Shown here in pieces: positions 11,061 through 19,776 of a stretch of DNA of 64,000 nucleotides (position 1 is the first letter of the stretch; each line of letters starts with the position of its first letter). The DNA is from Deltaproteobacteria bacterium (lineage in GTDB: Bacteria > Myxococcota_A > Polyangia > Fen-1088): contig JANRKS010000006.1 in NCBI GenBank assembly GCA_033763315.1, positions 128,001-192,000 of the forward strand. Reading direction: 5' to 3'. The notes under the pieces were generated by a model. That model made no database searches. It was given only the letters and a program-made list of their open reading frames with translations, and was not told the DNA's origin. The translations under genes were made by a program, and so were the position numbers.

Positions 11061-11697
11061 ATCGCCCATCCGTGTGCTGATCGTGGAAGATCACTTTGTG
11101 GCTCGCATGGGCCTGCGCACCATGATCGACTTTCAGAAGGACATGAGTGTGGCTGCCGAGGCACGCAGTGGCGCCGAAGCGGTTGAAATGTTTCAAACGT
11201 CAAGCCCGGACGTTGTGTTGATGGATCTGCGGTTGCCCATCATCGACGGAATCGCCGCCACCGAGCTCATCATCAAATACAACTCGGCCGCCAAGGTGCT
11301 GGTGTTCTCGTCGTTCGACGCGGAATCAGATGTGGTGCGTGCCCACGCCGCTGGCGCGCGCGGGTATGTCCTCAAAAGCGCCGATGGCGAGGACCTGTTA
11401 ACTGCGATTCGGTCGGTCGCTGCTGGTGGGCGCTATTTTCCTCAGGCGATGCAAGAAAGCCTGCTTCGCGCGGGGAACATAGGCCTCAGTGCGCGGGAAA
11501 AGGAGCTGCTGGTGCTATTGGCCAAAGGGCTTAACAACAAAGAGATTTCTGATGTCACAGACATCACGCCTGGCACGGTGAGGATTTACCTGACACGGCT
11601 TTTTGCAAAGCTACAGGTCAGCAATCGTACCGAAGCTGTTTCCGTCGCGTTCGAGCGAGGATTGGTGAGTCCGGAGTGGACCAAACCGCAGGGATGA
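11050..11697 (+). CDS. NarL/LuxR-family response regulator
   Basis: ATG overlaps the kinase 3' end; IRVLIVEDH, VVLMDLRLP, GYVLK, HTH GLNNKEIS...PGTVRIY...NRTEAV. Confidence 0.95.
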   Translation: MKSESPIRVLIVEDHFVARMGLRTMIDFQKDMSVAAEARSGAEAVEMFQTSSPDVVLMDLRLPIIDGIAATELIIKYNSAAKVLVFSSFDAESDVVRAHAAGARGYVLKSADGEDLLTAIRSVAAGGRYFPQAMQESLLRAGNIGLSAREKELLVLLAKGLNNKEISDVTDITPGTVRIYLTRLFAKLQVSNRTEAVSVAFERGLVSPEWTKPQG

Positions 11698-11828
11698 CGT
11701 TGCGACCAGCACCGGCAGAGCTGCGCGGGTCCGTCACAGCTTTGACGCGGTCAGCGCGCCTTGACGGTCTGGGGCCAGTTGAGCCTCCTCAACTAGGCGA
11801 GGGGAGGGGGGCCATCCACAATATATAC

Positions 11829-13541
11829 ATGGACCACGGTTTTGCTGTTTCGGGGTACCTCCGGGCTTATGTGGCCGCCAGCCTTTCTGCAGTGCTATTG
11901 GCGGCAGCGTGTTCAGGAGCTGTGTCGGGTTCAAACCGCGACCCCGGGGACAAGGACGACGGTGGTGCCGCCGGCGAGGCGTCCAACGGAGGCGCGGGAG
12001 GCGAAGAGATGGGCGATCCGCCTGCACTGGATCAACCGATTCAAAAGCCCACGTGCAAGATCTCCGGAGACAAATCCGGCATGAGGCGGCTAACGAATTT
12101 CGAGCTTCGTAACACGGTTGCGGATTTACTCGGCCTCACTTCGCAAACGTTGGGATCGCTTGAGACGGGTGACAACGTTCGTGATGGCTACGACAACAAC
12201 GTGGCGGTTCAGTCGGTGCTGGAGGCGGAGGGCAAATCGTTCAATGCTTTTGCCGAACGGGCGGCAAACAGCGTTACGTCCGATTTCGCCAAGGCCACAG
12301 GCTGCCAGGCCACGGACGCCACTTGCGCAAGCCAGTGGTTACTTAGCACCGCCAAACGCGCCTATCGAAGGCCGTTGGCAGACGATGAGAAAGCACGTTT
12401 GCAGACGCTGTTCGACCAGCTTCGCACTGAGTTCGACCTATCGACCGCTTTCGCCTCCACGTTGACGTACATGCTGCAAACACCACATTTCCTCTACCGC
12501 CGAGAGGGAATCACTGGCACGGACGCTTGGGAAGTCGCCTCGCGTTTGTCCTACCTTCTTTGGGGAACCATGCCAGATGCGGACCTTTTCGCCGCCGCCG
12601 AGTCGGGGGAACTCAAGAAGGCCACAACGCTTGAGCAGCAAGTCAAACGCATGATCGGTGATGACCGCGCAAAGCGTGGGATCAAGCACTTCTTCTGGCA
12701 GTGGCTTTACCTGGATGAGCTGGAGAAGCGTGACAAGGCTGAGTCCGTCGTGTCGTCTTACCAAAGTACGGTGCGTCCGGATTTGGTTGCTGAGGCTGGT
12801 GCGTACATCGATCACGTGGCCTCAGATGAAGGCACGCCTGTCTCGGATCTTTTTGATGGCGCTTACACCTTCCGCAATAAGGCTTTGGCTTCAATTTACG
12901 GCGGTTCCGCAGGTTCCACTGAGCTTCAAAAAGTCCAGACCGACCCTCAAAGAAGTGCCGGCATTTTGACGACCGGGGCCGTGTTGGCGGCGACCTCGCT
13001 GGCGGATATCTCGTCGCCCATTCTTCGTGGAAAGTTGGTCCGCGAACGCGTGCTGTGCACCCATCTGCCTGTTCCCATGGTGGTGCCGGAACTGCAACGC
13101 ATTACGGGCGCCACCGAACGGGAAATATTCGAGCAGCATTCGAAGAATCCCACCTGTGCAGGCTGCCACGCTTTGATCGATCCCATCGGATTCGCGTTCG
13201 AGAACTTTGATGCCATCGGGCGGTGGCGGGATAAGTACAGCAACGGCGCCAACGTGGACGCCAACGGCGAGATCGTGGAGGCAGGGGATGCGGAGGGTAA
13301 GGTTTCAGGGGTGGCTGAACTGGGCAAGAAACTGGCGCAAAGCGATTTCGTGAACCGCTGCTTGTCTTCACAGTTCTACCAGTACGCGGTGGGGCGAGAC
13401 CTCACGTCGAACGATGCCTGCGCTCTTGACTGGATGGCCTACAACCTAAGCAAAAAGGGCAGCGGCAACTTCCGCGCCGCCTTGACCGCGATAACGACCA
13501 CGCCCGCCATTGCCGGTCCCTCGATTGAAGGAGCAAAATAG
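11829..13541 (+). CDS. DUF1587/1595/1592/1588/1585-type lipoprotein with a single heme-c motif (module 1)
   Basis: Lipobox LAAAC, Gly-rich linker, RRLTNFELRNTVADLLG, RAYRRPL, PHFLYR, ASRLSYLLWGTMPD, SPILRG, CAGCH, DPIGFAFENFDAIGRWR. Confidence 0.9.
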   Translation: MDHGFAVSGYLRAYVAASLSAVLLAAACSGAVSGSNRDPGDKDDGGAAGEASNGGAGGEEMGDPPALDQPIQKPTCKISGDKSGMRRLTNFELRNTVADLLGLTSQTLGSLETGDNVRDGYDNNVAVQSVLEAEGKSFNAFAERAANSVTSDFAKATGCQATDATCASQWLLSTAKRAYRRPLADDEKARLQTLFDQLRTEFDLSTAFASTLTYMLQTPHFLYRREGITGTDAWEVASRLSYLLWGTMPDADLFAAAESGELKKATTLEQQVKRMIGDDRAKRGIKHFFWQWLYLDELEKRDKAESVVSSYQSTVRPDLVAEAGAYIDHVASDEGTPVSDLFDGAYTFRNKALASIYGGSAGSTELQKVQTDPQRSAGILTTGAVLAATSLADISSPILRGKLVRERVLCTHLPVPMVVPELQRITGATEREIFEQHSKNPTCAGCHALIDPIGFAFENFDAIGRWRDKYSNGANVDANGEIVEAGDAEGKVSGVAELGKKLAQSDFVNRCLSSQFYQYAVGRDLTSNDACALDWMAYNLSKKGSGNFRAALTAITTTPAIAGPSIEGAK

Positions 13542-14942
13542 ATGTCCACCTCAACCAACGCGCAGTTCTTGATTGGTCGTCGTCGGTTTCTTCGCGGGGC
13601 GGGCGGCATCACCGTTGCGCTGCCGTTCCTGCCCTCGCTTGCTCCGCGTGTTGCCTTTGGCGCCGCTCCGAAACGCGTGATTTTCTGGTTTCAACCGGAC
13701 GGTTCGATGGATGCCAAGAGCTATGGCAGCGAGCCATTTTGGCCATCGGGAACAGGCGAGTCGTTCACGCTGGCCGAGCACACGAAGCCCCTTGAACCGG
13801 TCAAGGGTGACATCATCTTTTTGCGCGGGATTCACAACCTCGCGTCCGCAAAATCGAATGCCGACAGCGTCCACGGCTCGCTCTTGCACTCGATGCTTAC
13901 GGGAACGGGGCCCGATTCGATCGATCAGGTCATCGCGGACAAAGTGTCGGGAGGGCGCAGCCTTCAATTGGGTGTTGCCACTGAACGTTCCGGCCGCAGC
14001 GACACGAGGATGAGCTATCGAGGTGGCAGTTATGTGGCGCCCGCAGCAAATCCGTTCACGGTCTATGCAGAACTGTTTGGCGGCAAACCATCGGGGTCAG
14101 GCTCGCCGGGCACGCCGACGACACCAGGTGAGAATCTACTTTACCGTGTTGCGAAGACCCGCAAAAGCGTCTTGGATGCGGTTCATGCTGACCTGAAGGA
14201 TCTATCGGGAAAAGTCAGCAGTGCCGACAAGCAACGCCTTGAGCAGCACGCCGATGCGATTCGTAAAGTGGAAGGCGCCTTGGTGGACTTGGACGACCTT
14301 CAAGGGGGGAAAACCGGATCGCCTGTTTTGACGCCGGTATCAAGCAGCTGCAACCCACCGAAGTTGGACACTCGGGGTCTCACGGAGTCCCAGAACTTCA
14401 CTGAGACTGTGGTTGGCATGAACAAGATCGCAGCGGTCCAGCAGGATTTGATGATGCTTGCGTTGCATTGTGGAAAGCACAAGGTGGCCACGATGATGTT
14501 CATGCGCGGCCGTGATGATTCCCAGGCCTACGAATTCCTTAACATCACGGCGAAGGATAAGGGCCAACACGGCTTTGCTCATATGTGGGACACGGACAAG
14601 ATCCCAACGGGCAAGCCTGACTATGCCGCTATTCACAAATGGCGGGCTGAGTTGTTCCGCGATCTCGTTTTGGATCTCAAACGGCGCGACGATGGCGATG
14701 GCACCACAATGTTCGATAATACCTTGCTGATCTGGATGAGCGAGATGGGTGACGGTAAGGCCCATGACCCCAAGAACATGACGATGGTCATGGCAGGAAA
14801 GGCCGGCCGCAATCTGAAAACAGGCCGCTCGCTGCAGTTCAATGAACCACACACCAACGCGCTCATTTCGGTGGCGCAGATGATGGATGTGCCCCTGACG
14901 AAATTCGGCGCGGACGGAACGCGTCCGCTTTCGGGCCTTTAA
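13542..14942 (+). CDS. DUF1552 (HXXSHH-family) Tat-exported protein (module 1)
   Basis: GRRRFLRGAGGITVALPFLPSL Tat signal, SIDQVIA, SLQLGV, KSVLDAV, DKQRLEQH, HGFAH, DNTLLIWMSEMGDG. Confidence 0.9.
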   Translation: MSTSTNAQFLIGRRRFLRGAGGITVALPFLPSLAPRVAFGAAPKRVIFWFQPDGSMDAKSYGSEPFWPSGTGESFTLAEHTKPLEPVKGDIIFLRGIHNLASAKSNADSVHGSLLHSMLTGTGPDSIDQVIADKVSGGRSLQLGVATERSGRSDTRMSYRGGSYVAPAANPFTVYAELFGGKPSGSGSPGTPTTPGENLLYRVAKTRKSVLDAVHADLKDLSGKVSSADKQRLEQHADAIRKVEGALVDLDDLQGGKTGSPVLTPVSSSCNPPKLDTRGLTESQNFTETVVGMNKIAAVQQDLMMLALHCGKHKVATMMFMRGRDDSQAYEFLNITAKDKGQHGFAHMWDTDKIPTGKPDYAAIHKWRAELFRDLVLDLKRRDDGDGTTMFDNTLLIWMSEMGDGKAHDPKNMTMVMAGKAGRNLKTGRSLQFNEPHTNALISVAQMMDVPLTKFGADGTRPLSGL

Positions 14943-14961
14943 GCCGGCCCGAGGAGAACCC

Positions 14962-16272
14962 ATGATTGCCAAGACACCGCTGTGGCTCTTCGCCCTTGTC
15001 ATGTTTGCTTGCCAAGGTGCAAGCGCGGGCCCAACAGACGACGATGGTGAAGGCGGCGGGCCCGGCGAGGTATCTGGTGGTGCAGGCGAACCCGGTGGCC
15101 GAGGCGGTGCGGGCGGCATGGTGCAGGGGGCGGGTGGCGGGCTTGGCAGCACGGGAGGCGCAACGCAAACGGGCGGCAGCGCCGGTGCTGGGCAAGGCGG
15201 TGGTGCAGCTGCAGCCGGCGCCGGTGGACAACCGAGCGGGGGCGGTATGGGTGGAGCGGCACCGACGAATATGGGTGGGGCCGCGGGCATGGTTGGCACG
15301 CCCGACCCCGTCGTTGTGCCGGTCGCTGAGCAGAAGCAGGTGATGCTTGAGCTCTTCGGCAAGGTTTGCCGAGGCGTTGTCACGTACGACGCGAACGACA
15401 ACGTTATCGCTTTGAACTTTTCGTCGCATCAAAGCTTTTGCGGCACCCAAGAGCACCCAGGGTTGTCTGATGACGACATGCAGAAGCTCCTCAAGTTCCC
15501 GTCCCTACGTCGGGTGCGCTTCGAGCGGATGAACCGGGTCACGTCGGCTGGCTACGGAGTGCTCGCGAAACTGAAGAATTTGGAAGCCGCTTTGTTTGCC
15601 TACCCCGACGGGGCCAACAAAGACTTCATGTTGTCGGTCAAGGACAACGCGCGACTTAAGGTGTTGGAGCTAAAACACCTCTTCAGCATTTCAGGAACCA
15701 GTCTGCCTTCGCTGCCGGCCTATCAAGATCTTAGGGTTCTGGAGCTCGACAATGCGAGTGCTGAACGTTCGGTCGCACTGCCCTTCATCAAGAAGCATCC
15801 TGCGTTGATAAGCCTGCAACTGCACCGAACATCGCTGACAAACGCCGATGTGTCTGAGATCGCTGACACCTTGCCGAACCTCGAAGGAATCGAGCTCAAG
15901 CCAGCGGGCAGCAGCATGAACAACGGTGTGTTTGAGCACCTCGGCCGCATGAAGAAGCTCAAGGTGATTCAACTTGCCGGCGGCCTGTCTGTGCCAGCGT
16001 GGGAAGCGGGCGGAAAATACTTGGAAGGCCTCACCAACTTGCGCCTCATCGTGGGGACGGTGGATGGTGGCACCGAAGCAAAGCTCAAGGCTGCCATTCC
16101 AGGATTCTCAGTGGCCGGCAGCGGTTCGCAGACGCAGGAGCAAAGTGAACTGCGGAGCAAAGACAACATCTATTTCATGCGAAGTGTTTTGCCCTTCTTC
16201 CTCACCGACAAAAAGGAAGAGTACAAGATGGGCACAAAACAAAGCACAGTTGGCTCCGAAGACATCGGTTGA
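14962..16272 (+). CDS. Lipoprotein with Gly-rich linker and leucine-rich-repeat domain
   Basis: Lipobox VMFAC, roughly 90 aa Gly/Ala linker, then LxxLxL repeats (FPSLRRVRF, LKNLEAALF, LKVLELK, LRVLELDN, LISLQLHRTSLTN, LPNLEGIEL, MKKLKVIQL). Confidence 0.8.
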   Translation: MIAKTPLWLFALVMFACQGASAGPTDDDGEGGGPGEVSGGAGEPGGRGGAGGMVQGAGGGLGSTGGATQTGGSAGAGQGGGAAAAGAGGQPSGGGMGGAAPTNMGGAAGMVGTPDPVVVPVAEQKQVMLELFGKVCRGVVTYDANDNVIALNFSSHQSFCGTQEHPGLSDDDMQKLLKFPSLRRVRFERMNRVTSAGYGVLAKLKNLEAALFAYPDGANKDFMLSVKDNARLKVLELKHLFSISGTSLPSLPAYQDLRVLELDNASAERSVALPFIKKHPALISLQLHRTSLTNADVSEIADTLPNLEGIELKPAGSSMNNGVFEHLGRMKKLKVIQLAGGLSVPAWEAGGKYLEGLTNLRLIVGTVDGGTEAKLKAAIPGFSVAGSGSQTQEQSELRSKDNIYFMRSVLPFFLTDKKEEYKMGTKQSTVGSEDIG

Positions 16273-16464
16273 TCCTTGTTTTCCCCCGATTGCGGGCGAC
16301 CCGATGTTTTTGGTGGATGATCGTCAACCGAAACGACTCGGTCAGTCAGTCCAAGCCACTTCGAGGTTGATGGGGCATCCGACGGCCTGCCATGTTGGCT
16401 TTTGCGGCCGGCACGACGTCATGCGTCCGTGATCGCTCTACCTTAAGTTTGGAAGAGGAAGTGC

Positions 16465-18198
16465 ATGAGAAGGACACATTGCACGTGGCTGTCTATAGTC
16501 TTGTGTTCAGTCGGCTGTACCGGGGCGATAAACGGAGGCGCAGCATCACCCGAAGATGGCGACGCTTCGGATGGAGGGGAGGGAGGCACGCCGTCCGGCG
16601 GTGCAACCCAGATCCCACCGGCCCCGGAGCCGAGGTTTGCCAACGCGACCTTGGTGAATGTGGACCGAGGGGCCCCTTGCGCGCCTCAGGGCCTAAAGCC
16701 CACTTCTTCGCGCCGGCTTAGCCATAGCGAGTACGTGCAAACGCTACAGGACTTGTTTCCTGGCCGCTCCTTGCCGCCTGTGTCGTTCTCATCAGACCAA
16801 GCGTTCTTCGGGTTCGACAACATCAACCTATTTTTGTCGACAACGACCGTTGCACAATACGCTGAAGCCGCGTTCGCTGTGGCCAAGGCAGTCACCGATG
16901 GCAATCTGCAGGGCTTGGTTGGGTGCGATCCTGCGCAAGCAGCGTGTGCTGCGACTTTCGTCAAGGGCTTCGGAGCGCGCGCCTACCGGCGACCTTTGCT
17001 GACCCAAGAAGTCGATAAGTTGGTTGCCTTCTTTGATAAGCAAAGGTCCGCCATAAGTCCGCGGGCCGCTGTGGAATTGACGATCGCGGCGATGCTGCAA
17101 TCCCCGCAGTTTTTGTTGCGCCTCGAAACCACGGGCGTCGGCGATTCGAAGCCAGCGCGGGTCAAGTCCTATGAGATGGCCACCCGGCTCTCGTACATGG
17201 TCTGGGGTTCCATGCCCGACCCCGAGCTCACGGCGGCGGCGAATGGCCAGCTTGACACTGACGCAGGTGTCCGTTCGCAATTGGAGCGAATGCTCAAGAA
17301 AGACAACGCTGAGCCCGCCGCGCGGTCGATGAGCGAATTCGTGGTCAAATGGTTGCACCTGGACAAGGTGCAGAACGAATCGCTGGAAAAGGATCCCGCA
17401 CTATTTCCGGACTGGAGCCCGACCGTTGCCGCGAAGGTTGTGGACGAGTCACGCAGATTCGTGGCCACGGTCTTCCAGTCCAATGGCTCGTTCGTGGATC
17501 TGCTGACGTCGCGAAAAGCGTCTGTCGCATCGGGGGTGGCAGAGATCCTTGGTCAAACAAACACAAGCGCTGCGTGGAAGGAGATAGAGCTGCCTGCGGC
17601 AGAACGCGCGGGCATTTTGACCCGCCCAGCGTTCTTGGCTGGCGTTGCGAAACAGTCGTATGGCTCGCCGCCATTGCGCGGGGTGGAGATCATGCAACAA
17701 GTGTTGTGCATCAAGCCGTTGCCGCCCCCTGACAACCTGGACCTGACTGTGCGTGAAGAAGCGAAGCCTGGGGAGGTGTTGTCCAACCGCGATCGTTTTG
17801 AGGAGAAGACCAAACAAAGCGCGTGTATCGGCTGTCACACGCAGATCGACGGGTTCGGCATGCCGTTCGAGTCGTATGACGCCATCGGTAGGTTCCGGAA
17901 GATGGACGGCGGAAAGCCCGTGAACGCGTCGGGGCAGATCTTGGGTGCGGACGAAGCCACGGATGGCGACGTCGCCGACGCCCTTGCTCTATCGCAAAGG
18001 CTTTCGCAGAGCGAGCAAGCGAAGTTTTGCTTCGCCGTGAACTGGAACCGTCGCTCAAGTGGCGCGGTTGAGGGGCCTGACCAGTGGTGCCAGCTTGATG
18101 CGATCTACGACAGCTTTGAGACGAGCAAAGGCGCATTGCGAGCCCTGCCGTTTGCCACCATTGGGACAGCTGCGTTCACCAGCCGCCTCGCAGATTAG
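16465..18198 (+). CDS. DUF1592-type heme-c lipoprotein (module 2)
   Basis: Lipobox SVGC, RRLSHSEYVQTLQDLF, RAYRRPL, SPQFLLR, ATRLSYMVWGSMPD, SPPLRG, CIGCH, FESYDAIGRFR. Confidence 0.9.
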   Translation: MRRTHCTWLSIVLCSVGCTGAINGGAASPEDGDASDGGEGGTPSGGATQIPPAPEPRFANATLVNVDRGAPCAPQGLKPTSSRRLSHSEYVQTLQDLFPGRSLPPVSFSSDQAFFGFDNINLFLSTTTVAQYAEAAFAVAKAVTDGNLQGLVGCDPAQAACAATFVKGFGARAYRRPLLTQEVDKLVAFFDKQRSAISPRAAVELTIAAMLQSPQFLLRLETTGVGDSKPARVKSYEMATRLSYMVWGSMPDPELTAAANGQLDTDAGVRSQLERMLKKDNAEPAARSMSEFVVKWLHLDKVQNESLEKDPALFPDWSPTVAAKVVDESRRFVATVFQSNGSFVDLLTSRKASVASGVAEILGQTNTSAAWKEIELPAAERAGILTRPAFLAGVAKQSYGSPPLRGVEIMQQVLCIKPLPPPDNLDLTVREEAKPGEVLSNRDRFEEKTKQSACIGCHTQIDGFGMPFESYDAIGRFRKMDGGKPVNASGQILGADEATDGDVADALALSQRLSQSEQAKFCFAVNWNRRSSGAVEGPDQWCQLDAIYDSFETSKGALRALPFATIGTAAFTSRLAD

Positions 18199-18207
18199 GA
18201 GTGTCTC

Positions 18208-19578
18208 ATGAAGCGATCACTTATCAGCGCCGTCAACCGTCGGTCCATCCTATCCGCGTTGGGCGCAGGCCTATCGTCGACGTTTCTGCCGAGCTTATCA
18301 AAGCGCGCGGATGCAGCAGCGGCGCCCCGTCGTATCTTCTTCATCACAAGCACGCATCAGGTCGTGCCGAGCCACTGGCGCATGAGCCTCGGCCGCCCTG
18401 AGGGCCAATCCTGGAGCGTGCCTTTGTCGGACGTGCCTGGTGGCACGTTCAGCCCCGTCCTGAACCACTTTGCTCCCCTCAAAGACAAGGTGATGTTCAT
18501 CGACGGGATGTCGCAGTACACCGGTCTTGTCGATGGATTCACCAACAACCACGACGTTGCCGCTTCGGTGCTGCTGACGGGAGCTGGCATTGAGAAGAAC
18601 AACATCAAGATGGTTCTGGGCCGTTCCGTCGATCAAGCCATCGCTGATGCGCTTGCCACCCCGGGGCGGCTTCGTTCAATAGAGCTGGGCACGCACAGCT
18701 ACCAAGGTGGTTTCGTGGCAGCCGGCCGCGAGAAAAAGTTGCCCACCATCAACGCGACGGACAAGGCATTCTCGACGTTGTTTTCGGATCTAAAGCCATC
18801 CGGCCCTTCTAGCGCGGCGGGCGGTGAGCGTGAAAAGATCGTGGCCGCGAGGGCCGAAACGATGGGGGCCGTGAAGGAGCAGATTGCCGCGATCTCGCCC
18901 AAGCTTTCAACATCAGATCGTGAACGCTTGGCTTCGCATCTGGATCTGGTATCGGCCTATCAAAGCCGATTGGCTGCGGGCGGTGCCTCATCGTGCAGCT
19001 CGTTGCCAACGATGGGCGGTACCTACAAAAAAAACGTTGAAGACTTCAACGTTGAGTTTGGTCGCCTGGTGGCGCACGCCTTTGCGTGCGATGTCACGCG
19101 TGTCGCCAGCCTTCAGATGGCGGACTTTGTGCCTGAATCTTTTGGGGCCTCGGGCAGTGTTCACGACGCGATGGCTCACAATAACGGCAACGAGAGCGGT
19201 TCGGGCGCTCAGAATCTCAAAAAATACAATCTTGCGGTCGCAGCCACAGTGGGCCGCATCGCTGCTGAATTTTCGCGGTTGGGGTTGCTCGATAGCACTC
19301 TGATCGTTTGGATGAGCGAGCACGGCTTGTTCGTCGAGCCTCACATGTTGGAGGAAATGCCCGTTGTGGTGATTGGCAATGTAGGTGGGCACTTTAAGAC
19401 GGGCCGCTACATCAGCGTTGCTCGCACAGAGAAAAGCCCGCGCGGCAAGGTGGTGGGCAGGCCCCACAATCTGTTCCTCGTTTCCCTGATGCAGGCGATG
19501 GGCCTTCCAGACAACTTCCTCAACGTTAAAACTTGGTACAACACCAACGTAAGCGGGCCTCTGCCTGACCTCGTTTAG
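18208..19578 (+). CDS. DUF1552 Tat-exported protein (module 2)
   Basis: NRRSILSALG Tat signal, SVDQAIA, DRERLASH, AFACDVTRVASLQ, HDAMAH, LLDSTLIVWMSEHG, FKTGRYI; GGAG RBS. Confidence 0.88.
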   Translation: MKRSLISAVNRRSILSALGAGLSSTFLPSLSKRADAAAAPRRIFFITSTHQVVPSHWRMSLGRPEGQSWSVPLSDVPGGTFSPVLNHFAPLKDKVMFIDGMSQYTGLVDGFTNNHDVAASVLLTGAGIEKNNIKMVLGRSVDQAIADALATPGRLRSIELGTHSYQGGFVAAGREKKLPTINATDKAFSTLFSDLKPSGPSSAAGGEREKIVAARAETMGAVKEQIAAISPKLSTSDRERLASHLDLVSAYQSRLAAGGASSCSSLPTMGGTYKKNVEDFNVEFGRLVAHAFACDVTRVASLQMADFVPESFGASGSVHDAMAHNNGNESGSGAQNLKKYNLAVAATVGRIAAEFSRLGLLDSTLIVWMSEHGLFVEPHMLEEMPVVVIGNVGGHFKTGRYISVARTEKSPRGKVVGRPHNLFLVSLMQAMGLPDNFLNVKTWYNTNVSGPLPDLV

Positions 19579-19714
19579 GCGCGCGGTCCGGTGAGCCGCT
19601 GAGGTGGCTCACCTGTTGGCTCGGGCCAACACAGTGTGGGCTTGTACCAACGCCTTAGCTTCTACCTCATCGCATTCATTGCGGTTTTGTTGGGGATAGG
19701 GGCTGCGAAGGCCG

Positions 19715-19730
19715 CGGTATGCCGGTTGCA
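19715..19730 (+). promoter_or_regulatory. Candidate sigma-54 (-24/-12) promoter for module 3
   Basis: CGGTATGCCGGTTGCA has GG-N10-GC spacing and TTGCA, and lies in the intergenic gap about 47 nt before ATG 19777. Confidence 0.45.
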
Positions 19731-19776
19731 AAGGAATGGACTTCGACGTTGGGCACGCCCTCCGGGAAGGACATTC

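Noticed and set aside
15040-15300. GGC-rich repetitive DNA as a repeat array
   Set aside because: It encodes the Gly/Ala linker of a lipoprotein and has no fixed repeat-spacer periodicity. The same applies to the K/E/A tract near 61130-61380 and the Pro/Ala tract near 41800-41910.
14340-15456. Long antisense or alternative-frame ORFs (for example 14340-15401, 35463-36347, 46666-47721, 60658-61671)
   Set aside because: They are shadows of well-supported genes in GC-rich DNA, with no motifs or RBS.
16409-16425. CGGCACGACGTCATGC as a sigma-54 promoter (similar case near 22790)
   Set aside because: GG-to-GC spacing is 11 rather than the required 10.
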